This document shows positions 54,059 through 64,000 of a stretch of 64,000 nucleotides of DNA, in pieces. Location: the NCBI GenBank assembly GCA_002633005.1, contig NMRA01000851.1, forward strand, positions 16,093 to 80,092, in the 5' to 3' direction. The DNA is from Phoronis australis. Taxonomy: Eukaryota; Animalia; Phoronida. The notes below the pieces were generated by a model, which saw only the letters and a program-made list of their open reading frames with translations, was not told the origin of the DNA and made no database searches. The translations under genes were made by a program, and so were the position numbers. Position 1 is the first letter of the stretch. Each line of letters begins with the position of its first letter.

Positions 54059-54089
54059 CCACAAAGCCATTATCATCCGCCAGGCACAT
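54059..54089 (-). CDS. Possible first coding exon (MCLADDNGFV)
   Basis: ATG with a phase-1 gtatat donor and a 55-nt intron. Weak support. Confidence 0.25.
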
Positions 54090-57000
54090 TCGGTGCCTCT
54101 TTTCTTACCACTGGAGTTTTATATGTCATTTGTTTTTGTCTGATAGTTTACAAATTTTTTTCTCGGTTGTATTACTCGGTTCGTCCTTCTTGCAAGTGAA
54201 GCATCACTGCTGTGGGCTGCACCCCCGACGTGAGAAACTTTGATACACTGGACAAATACCAATGTACGCGTGATCTGAAATTTATTGTATTACCAACACC
54301 AATGAGAGGCACGAAAATGCGATTTCCAAAACAAGGGGACGGGCTTTTTTATCTCCGAGACAAAGGAAAGTTTTATCGCATTGTAATCTGGGACGGCTCT
54401 ACATGTATCTGCTTTCATTCCGTTGACTTCGACAGGACTCATCCAAACTCAATTATACTTGCAAAAACACCTTGGCAAAATCATTTGGTTGTTTTGTCGA
54501 TTTTTTGTCGAACTATTGTAGTAATTAACGCGTTATTGCGCCTTCCCGATAATTATTAATTTACGTCATAGTATTGCGCTGTAAGTTGTCACGCTTTCAA
54601 CAAAGTGGAGGTATTTATCTTTTTGAGGTGATTGAGCCAAAATTAAGTCGGACTCTAGTCTTAAGTAAAAATATATTTAGTTGCACTTTTGGGTAAAAAA
54701 CATCGTCAAATTAAGGCATCGAGTAGTTTATTTTTAAAAACTGTAGTCTCATTAAGTTTAAGTGATTTTAGCCGGTGCTGCCATGCATCTTTTACTGTTC
54801 TTGTTGAAAAGAGTTACATGATGCAGTATTTGAGATTAAAGTTCATGCTTATATTCTTTGTTGGATGGTACATTCCGCAGTCGCCTAAACCTACCTCTGA
54901 CCAAGGCAACAGCTGCACGACCAGAACCTGGTTTCGTCATTCTGTACCCTAAATCCGCTCTCGGTAGTTACCATTTATTTTCGGCTATAAGGCGTCGTGA
55001 AAATCTTTCAATCACTTTAAAGAGGTGGTGGACCTGAAAACACAAAAGTTTTTCACTGTACGTAAAATGCATGTCTGTATTGGGTTATTCTTGTGAATAT
55101 AGCATGTTCTAATACGGGTAGAATCTCCGATGGTTAGTGCCAGTTCGTTTACTTCATCCTGGGTTTTAATTATTCAAATATATGTTTGTGAAAATTTTCG
55201 AAACCAGGACACCTGTCCTCCCGAGACATCAAAATGGTAAACCTCCGAGAGATATGGGTATGGTTTATGAGAATGGAATGACGTTTTTCTTCGGTTGACG
55301 TCACCAATCTGAAGTGTAGCCAGTCAGTGGTCTACATTGGAATATTTAGAAATTACCAGCACATTATTGCATGATTTGGAACCATTTCGCAGCAATTTCA
55401 CATTAATAGTGTAACAAGATATTGTTTTATTCAGTAAAACTTAGTCAAAATGGAGTGTGCACTTGAGACAATACAACACTAGCCACGTTGTGACCAAATT
55501 TCTCTTGACATGTGGTCTTTAAAGACTGTGTTGTTAAAAAGTTTCTCGCAAAGCACCAATCTATAAAAAGAATTCCTTGCAGGATGTGGGCGTCATTAAG
55601 CATGTGTATCTATGTAGTAGGTAAGGCATGACAGCCAATAAACTAACCATTTTAACAGTGTTGGAAATCCGTGCAATCGTAGAATTAGGTGATACATGTT
55701 ACGCTGGAAGTGTACATTAGATATTAACCTGAGCACTTTGAGACCGTGTAAACACATTTGTTTTAAGAAATAATGCAGCAAGTACATGTGTATAATAGCT
55801 TGGAAATCAATCCCTTGTATAGAACTCGAAGATTCGAATATTTACTCTTCGTTTGCCACTCCGCTATTTGCATTCTTAATTTACATATACCGGTGAACTC
55901 GTGAACTGAAGGATTCACTGGGCTCATTGGCTGGCTTTCGGGTCACTGCATAACGTTATTAGGTTTAAAGGAAGGAGTAGAATTTGGCAGAGGATTTGAT
56001 CTGTTGTTACTAGAGGAAGGTAAAAAGAAGCGAAATATAAGCTGTAAGACCTTTTACGGTTTGCTAACCATGTCAAGGAATTTGATTTGGTTAGGACTAA
56101 TCCTTCCTTTTGTACATGTCCGTTCTACCAATCGATTGCCTTCAGCTCTCTTAAAGAACTGACTATTGGCTAAGGTACATGTAATTGGAGGAAACTGTCT
56201 ACAAGTAAATGAGTGAATTGAAGATTCAGCTTAAGAGTTCAGTGGTAGGTGAATGAGAGGATGATGACAAGCGAATAGAGAAACGTCGAATGTTTGAGGC
56301 TACATCGGATCTAATTTGCGTACACATGTATTTGCAGCATTACTTTTGCAGTAACATTTCTTCACGACCGTAATTTTGGCGTGTTTGCGCTGATATTCGA
56401 TGTTTGACATGTATGACACTATATCATACACGTAAAATGCACAGTTTTTCAAACATATTTTCATTCAGGGTTGGTTTTCCGAATAACCGAATGCCAGCTA
56501 AAAAAATATGTTACAGTGGTTCACCGCATAGCGAAAATCTAAAGCAAAAAGTCGAATATTTTTTGAAGTGATTGATTTCCTTGCATTTGTCATTTCTGAA
56601 GCAGGAAGTACTTAGCGCAGTCGTAATTCCAACGCTTGCGAGTGTTTTTTTTATGTGCAAAGCCATTGCGATATGCACAACTCGAAGTACATGTACTACT
56701 GACTTGTAACCCACGGCGTGACGATCGGTCTATCCTTACTGACTACCCTCCCAGATGGTGAATGCACCTAATCGGCACAATTTTCAAGTCTCAATAGTAG
56801 ACTGAAGGAGTAATGTAGATTGTTCGTCGCAACTCCCTGGGAGACTGTAATCGAACGACACTCCATAACAGCTAAATGTTACCTGGAATGGAATTTCTGT
56901 CCATCATTCGGCTTCCAGCACAGAAGCACGCAGAAACCACGATCACGTGAAAACCATGCGACAATGTATCACACGGCAGTTCACAAAGCAAAACATCGTT

Positions 57001-58269
57001 TAGGGAACACTTACCATGGTAACACTTGTTTGCCTGCAATGACATTCTGACAAATAAAGTTGAACTTGCCATCCTTTGACCTTTTCACATACAGTACTAA
57101 CTGCGGCACCTTCAAGTGACTTTGTCGCTTTTATGCCACAAAAACCCAATTAGGGAGTATTTTTGTATGTGTTATTGTTTTTGATCCTCTTAGTTATTGG
57201 TAAGAGTTGTTGTAAAACAACAAAATCCGTTAGGTTTTGTGTTTGTTAGAAGTCGCTGTGTTCCATGTATTCGCTGAAATCAAAGCTACTGGCTACCAAC
57301 TAGGTACGCTTGCCAGTCAGCTGAGATACTGTGTATCTTTTTTTTTTTAGTAGAGGCATTTATTAACTCAACCAACCAGTATATAGTTGTGCGACAATAT
57401 GACATCTAGTTTAGTGTATATCAAACAAATTACGAAAATTATCGGACCCTATTGAAAGCTACGTGTAGTCAGGCAAAAAAGACCACCTTGCCTGGAATCT
57501 CTCAAGATCCAATTTATCATAGTAAATAATTTTTCCCAGATTGTAGTAATAACATACCTCACGTAAAAATGACTGAACATTGGGATAGTGTGTATCTTAA
57601 TTGTTTATATGTCGAAAGCAATTGTCAAGAATCTAATATTTCAACAGATTGAGCCGGCTTAACTGACTCTACACTGTGGAAGGAGTGCTGCATTTAATGG
57701 AATACATTTACATCTTTCTGAAAATATAAATGGTTAACCCATGAAATAAAAACATGTACATGTACATTGTTGATCACCACATTTCTTCACAAACGTGATA
57801 TTTCACAGAGATAGCCTCTTTACCACAAATACATTTTTCTAAGTAACCAAATTCGCAGACTCTTACCCTTTTTCTATTCAAAAAAAAACTTTTTTGACTG
57901 AATTTTTTCTAAAATCTATTATTCCGATAACACTGTTTTCAAAATATTACCCCTTAAGCATTCCAAAAAGATATTATTTTTGACAGCCAAATTCTCGGGC
58001 TGAAATACCTTAGAAAGTCTCAAACACGCTTCTGTAGCTAATGCAGTAAATAATTAGATTCCACGAGCTGTGCGCGAAAAAATCATGTTTTGTGGAAAAT
58101 GCGGCGATCTCCGTGAGGGTTGGCGTTGTAAGGCAAGTTATCGTTATTTTGCAATGTACTTAAAACATCAAATCCGTCACGATTCTGTCGAAATGTGTGG
58201 CCTCCGGTTTCTTGGTGCCAAGTCTTTTACATGTAGGAGAAAAACTGTAACTATTAGAATAGATTTTAA

Positions 58270-58535
58270 ACACTTCCGTTTCTGAAACTTGTGAAAAACT
58301 TCATATTAACAACAATTTTTGAAACAAAAACAAGTTTTCAAAATGTAAGCTTTTAAAACTTAATGTTTTGAAAAAGTTCAAGAAACTTAAGTACTGTATT
58401 TGGAAAAAATAAGTATTTGGGAACAAATTTGTGGAAAAAACGTAAGTTTTAATAACTTAAGTTATAAAAACTAAAAAATTTAGACTTTATGCTTTTAAAA
58501 AAAGTTAAGAGATGAAACCCTAAGTTTCTTCAAAA
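58270..58535. repeat. AT-rich repeat built from aaacttaagtt-like palindromes (related block at ~61475-61725)
   Basis: Recurrent aacttaag/ttttaaaa motifs. ataacttaagtt.taaaa occurs at 58452 and 61483. Confidence 0.5.
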
Positions 58536-58847
58536 ATCATGTTCATATCCTAAAATGAAAAAAATCTTGCCTCTCCAGTACTTGTTTTATGCGCACGAGG
58601 CAATACACAAAATACACTCGGCCTATTCCTAAGCATCACTGTGTCAGTAATACATGTACACCCGTACGTTTTTGCGTTGCCAGGCCTCTCCTAAAGTGCA
58701 AAAATTTGATGCATATTACGTTTTTGTTACAATTTTCGTCGAATGTAGAATACATGCGAGACATATACCATTGATACACTTTACGAAAACGACGCCATAT
58801 TTCTTGAATTTGCATGGCACACGGAGTAAAACAATTAACACACTTAA

Positions 58848-60103
58848 AGGCGAAGGCAACCTTTTGTCATGTCACTTTTAGCAAAAATAAGGTTCGTTGG
58901 TTATCCCAGACACATTTTTCATTTAATTTCAGCTTTTCGTAATTTGATTAATTTTTCGTCCTGTACTCCGGAAGTGACGTTTTGGGAGGCAAGAGTTTTG
59001 CGCCAATTTTTTTCATTATAGTCTGACTGTGAGAGTTTTCGAGTCAGTCATTGTTCTACCTCGGTTGTGATCAGTTCGGTCGTCGTTTGCTTTTGTTTAC
59101 AAGTCAATCAACTTGCCACGCTGTTTCTGCGTGCCGGGTGTTCTCATTATCGGCTCACGACTTCGCGTTACTTGGCTAGCTCGTTCATGTGAAGAACGCA
59201 GCGCTACCCGTCCACGCAACGTCGTACAAAGCTGTGGAGGGTTACCGAGTGTGTGACAAACATTTTCGGCAGTCAGATTATGACAGAGATATGTACGCTG
59301 AATTGAGGAAGGTCCCTGCAAAACAACGCCTGAAGAAGAGTACCATACCGTCGCTGTTGATTCCCAGGCAGTGCCCCAAGAAGTACGTTCTTGAAGGGAG
59401 AAGCCTCGCGAGCTGTGGCCACTATATACAGTGACTGAAGGCACGTCACCTACTGTCACCCGTGCCTTCGAACGTACCCCATTTCGTGCAATTCCAGGAA
59501 CTAGCAGTGATTCGCCCTCTGTTGTTGTCTCTAGCTCCGGCAGAGCCTGTAAGCAGCCCTCGTGCGATGTTGAGCAGTGGGAGTGAATATACTACAGTAG
59601 GCCCAGTTCGACACCCAGTGAAGAGATCTGCGAGCCTAAGTTTGATAAGTTTATTGTGGCCTTGTATTGGAGCAGTTTGGAAGGTGCCAGGTGTGTGACA
59701 CGGCGGGATGTAAGCAGTTTGGGTGCTCAGATCACACTCCAGTGGGAGTGTGTCGCGGGAGACTCGGGCAAGTGGAACAGTTCTTCCTCAGTACGTGAAA
59801 CGATAATGAGTACACCCCAGTACGCAGCAACAGCGTGGCATGTTGACTGACTCGTACGCAAAAGCAAGTGACTACCGAACTTATCACAATCGAGGTAAAA
59901 CAATGATTGAGTCGACTGGTCTCACAGTCTGACTATATGAAAAGAAATTGGCGTGAAATTCTTGCCTCCCAAAACGTCACTTCCGGAGTAGACGACAAGT
60001 ATCTAATTAAATTACGAAAAGCAGTAAATAAGTGAAAAAAAGTCTGGGATAATCAACGAACCTTATTTTTGCTAAAAATGCCATGAAAAAGGTTGCCTTC
60101 GCC
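58848..60103 (+). mobile_element. Internally deleted Kolobok-like transposon with THAP and transposase fragments
   Basis: ttaa|aggcgaaggcaacc ... ggttgccttcgcc. THAP: PRCFCVPG..RVCDKHF..YDRD..RLKKSTIPSL. Transposase-like GAQITLQWECVAGDSGKWNSS. About 300-bp imperfect inverted ends. Confidence 0.82.
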
Positions 60104-63100
60104 GGATTTTTTAAATGAAATTCTGTCAAATATGCCAGTTCGACTTGATAGACTTGTCCTTATGTGCTCCCCATTCTTTTTTTTCAACATGGATATGTGA
60201 CTTATAGACAAAAAAACGTACCCAGTGCAGTTTCAAATTCAGACAAAATGACTTTCAAGGATCAGATAACAAGTTTGGTTTTGGTAAAGTGTTGCTGTAA
60301 TCTTTTGTTGACGATCAGAGGTCCTAAACAAATTGTGTACCGGTATTAGGGTAAACATACTTCAGTCGGTAAGCAAAGCAGAAACAATGCCATCGTATTT
60401 TGTCTCATATTTATCGCATTTCCTCGGGAAAAAGCATCACAACAATTTTTTCTGAATTGTTATTTACTGACCTTGAATGTTTGCCTTTTAGTATTGATCG
60501 CTGTGTCAAAAATATTAAACACTGGGGTGCCCGGAGGCGATGTAAACGCACAAAGTTTGACTATCAGTGGTGATTGAAAATTACATCAGCCTGCAGGGAC
60601 ATTACAATGTGAACGCAAAATTACCATGAATTTTGACCAATTTGAAGATTTTTTACTGAACAGAGGGGCATAGTCCCTTGGGTGACTCCTTTCCATTGTC
60701 AGATGTTTTCACAATAAAGCTTTTAAGCTGTTAAAACAATTAGCTACCCCATCAGCCATTTAGATGAAGTACTCATACCAGTCATAATATATGTACATTT
60801 TTGTAATAAGCAACAAAAAACAGTGTGGTAATTCTGTCTGCTTTTTTAAACACTACATGCTATTTACTTCGTGGCTTTGTAGGCTAATTACGGTTACCAG
60901 GAGCCCACTACTGGTGGTTGAGGCAACAGAAACCAGGCAGCTAGGACGCACTGCAGTTCCAGTCTCGTCTACAAGCCTCAAGACGTCGCTGATCGGTTTA
61001 AACATTTGAGGCTTGGTTATGGGAAAACCTTCAGCGCAATTATTGCCCGATGCCATGACGTCATTACAATAAAGGCACATTTTTATTATTTTCACACGCG
61101 TTGTCGCTGCCAATCATGAACCACAAGGCACTGCATTGGTTGTTGGCGTACTTGTTTTAATTTCTTTTCATAAATGATAGTATACATATTAATCATTTTT
61201 CGAATCAAAACAGCTCACTTTTGCAACAACTTAGACAAAAATTTGCTGCAATTCAAAAGGCAAAGTTGTTATAACTTCATGTTACTCGTCATACTCTGGC
61301 GACTTCCGTAAAATCCTATAGCCAAGCCTCAAATGGCTGAACCGATCGGCTCCATCTTTATGCTTGGGAAAGAGGCTGAGTGCATAATTTGTGTAGCTTC
61401 TTGCGCAAACAACTACTGAAGAAGTAACATTTTTCTCAGTTTGGGTGATGAACATGTTTTTAAGGAACAAATCTAAGGTTTGATAACTTAAGTTCTAAAA
61501 CTTTTAAGCTTTTAAAAGTTTTTAAAACTTAAGTCGCGAAAACTTAATTTTGTGCCAAAAACTTGTTTTTCAAAAATTTAAGTTCAAGTAACTGAAGTGT
61601 TTGAAAATTGAAAGATTCTGAACTCAATTTTTCAAGAAATTAACCTTTGAACACTGAAGTTTTCCAAGAGCAATAAGTTTCAATAACACAAGTATCCAGA
61701 AAACACAATTTTCACAAAATTAAAAAAGTGGAGTACAGTAACAAATTTAATGATTTTCATACATCCTTTTACAAATATAGAGTTCTATTAACATGTGATT
61801 AACTTTACATTCAGGTCGCAAGGCTTTGTTTAATTTGCGGATCCATGAGATGGGCGTTATCGCCTATGGGACACTTCCATTGTTTTCGTTGTTGCGTCAT
61901 TGTTAGACATAACAATACAGGTTGCGTGGATATCGTACCTTGGGTGCACACCAGCCCGCTACCGATGAATTATTACAAGAAGGAAAAACAACACGAGGAA
62001 TGGATACGCCTATCTATCTCTGTCTATTCGACGAGATTGCGAGATACTTTCTCTTGGGGGTTGAAACTTTCCTCAGCGTAAATGAAATGTGTAGGTGGTG
62101 CTGAACACTTGAGTCCACCCAAGACTTGACTGGCTGTGTCGAATGAGTGAATTTGAATACTGCGTGGCTATTTCGCGAGTCACCTATTCGACGGGTGCAG
62201 ATTAATCTTTTAATTCCTGTGTGATATGAACTACACTAAATTATGCACTTTCATTACATAAACTGCAAACCCTGTTTGGGTTTAGGTGTTCTTTACCGAC
62301 TAAGAAGTGTGTTGCGTTATAGTTCTGAACAAACCTAAAAACACCAAAAGACAATGGCTTACAGAAATAATCCTAAAATTCTTCGACATCTTTGCGACGA
62401 ACTTGGAACGTAGCTTCCGCTGGGGTGCTATTCTTTAGAGGGGGTTCCGTTTACGTTGTTCCCACGGAAAATCAAAGTTTGATTTTGTGATTTGTAGCAC
62501 CTAAAGACCAAAGTACAGAATATTCAAATTAAAAATCAACAATAAATTAAAACTGTCGAAATCTCTTCAAGTGCTTAACACCATCACTTACCTTTTTGAC
62601 AAGTGACCAGAAAGTCAGTATCATTAAACCTGCCTGCATACATGCACATGCATATCACGATCATGAATTCGTTATGGTAAAAGGAGAGAGAAGACAAAAG
62701 CGGCTTCGATTGAAAGTTTCTGAGCTCCACGGAGAAAAGAGCAGCTTATGAACCTCCTTAGCGCTAGAGTGTCTTGTTCAGAAGCATGCGAATTTCGTGT
62801 ACAATTATGCGGTGTAACCGTGAGAAAGTGAAGTGACACAGCGTGTTCAAATACTGTCACAATCATTCCTTAATATCGAGGTTTCGCAAAGCGACGTTAA
62901 CGTGAATTGTGCGCGTTTCGATTCACGTTATAGTAAAAAAATGAGTTTCGCAAAAGCTATGGCGTAATTGTATACACCGGTGACCTAAAGTCGTGAATAT
63001 AAGCATAATAAGTGCCGATTGTCGTACTACCCAATGTCCGTTAGCAACTGCTCATGTGATGTCATGGACATATGTAAGCCTTCACAAATATACGTGTTTT

Positions 63101-63347
63101 GACAATCTTAATCCTTGTTTGTCTCCGTAAGCAGAGTTTTGAAACGGTCGCTGATATCGGCGGCCATTTTGAATGAGGCCCTAAAGTCGTGACCGTTTCG
63201 GTTAGACGGAAATACACGAAGTAAGACCTCACAAGTCAACAACAGTGCGTACAGTTACTCTAGATGACATAAAAATGCATTGCATTGTTTATTAATTCAG
63301 TTTCAATTGAAATAAATTNTACGAGCCTCTTCCGCTTTGATTTGTGA

Positions 63348-63770
63348 TCAGTTACTTGACGTCGCCACCGAATTGGTAACATCTTGTAACAATTCCGAAG
63401 TATGTTGAAGCTTGGAGATGACTGACCTCCCCTTTCTTATAATAATTTCAGCATTGGCCTCGTGCTCTTTGAGTCGCTCCTGGCTAAGGGCTGTGTTTTG
63501 ACTCACGAGATAGTCCACGAACTCCAAAGAGTACTCGTCAAACAAATTCAACTTTTCCTCCAGGTCCCGCTGTATGGACAGGATAGAGGAGACCACATTG
63601 GGGCAGGTAGCGCTGCTTAAAATGTTTTGATCAATTTCTGCAATTAATTTGTCAAGTGTCTTAGAGCGGCGGTCGACTTCTTGTGTGAAGAGACCTTCAC
63701 CCTTCTCAGTGAGTGTTCGTAGACGTCCAGTAGACTCAACTGGCTCGTTGGATTGTTCAGACTTAGCCAT
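63348..63770 (-). mobile_element. N-terminal fragment of a BEL/Pao-like LTR retrotransposon gag ORF, truncated
   Basis: 140-aa helical ORF with the RLRTLTEKG motif that I recall from invertebrate BEL/Pao gag starts. A TGGTG PBS-like site at ~63850 and AATAAA lie upstream. It ends near an ambiguous base at 63319. Confidence 0.5.
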
Positions 63771-64000
63771 GTATTAGTGTTGGTTGGAACATCGTTTCTG
63801 TGTCGGAAATTTTTTCACTGTCCTGTCCCGTAGGGGCAGGGGTGTCACCAATTACAACAATTCCAGAAGTGAATTATTTATTGTAAGCTGTATGGTGAAA
63901 ACTGAAAGAAAACAATGAACAGTGTCAGTATGCTATACCATTTACAAGGCATAAAACCGCGCGAAAGAGGAAGATAAAACAAACCCCGCACAAGACAAAG

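Overview
Eukaryotic (invertebrate-like) genomic DNA, AT-rich, with four N gaps. One long intron-rich gene dominates the minus strand (~54.1 kb to 8.86 kb). I assembled it by hand from GT-AG exons, and the well-supported ones are all phase 1. It encodes a mosaic type I membrane protein: probable signal peptide - WSC - F-type lectin (FTP) - shortened kringle - TSP1 - kringle - FTP - stalk - transmembrane helix - short tail. An extra WSC-like exon lies inside the intron that splits the first FTP domain. Introns and flanks are full of transposable elements: an L1/Tx1 LINE with a 16-bp TSD, a HERO fragment, CR1-like and RNase H LINE remnants, THAP-bearing Kolobok-like elements, PIF/Harbinger/ISL2EU-like elements, a nested CAGTA...TACTG TA-TSD element and a BEL/Pao-like gag start. 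The most striking signal is about 50 copies of TACATGTA (counted by eye). Paired repeat copies show these are CATGTA insertions at TA sites. At one site, one copy holds the full TA-TSD element and its sister copy holds TA-CATG-TA, which points to pervasive Tc1/mariner-type excision footprints. No prokaryotic systems, rRNA, tRNA or CRISPR were seen. All family assignments rest on recalled motifs, not database searches.
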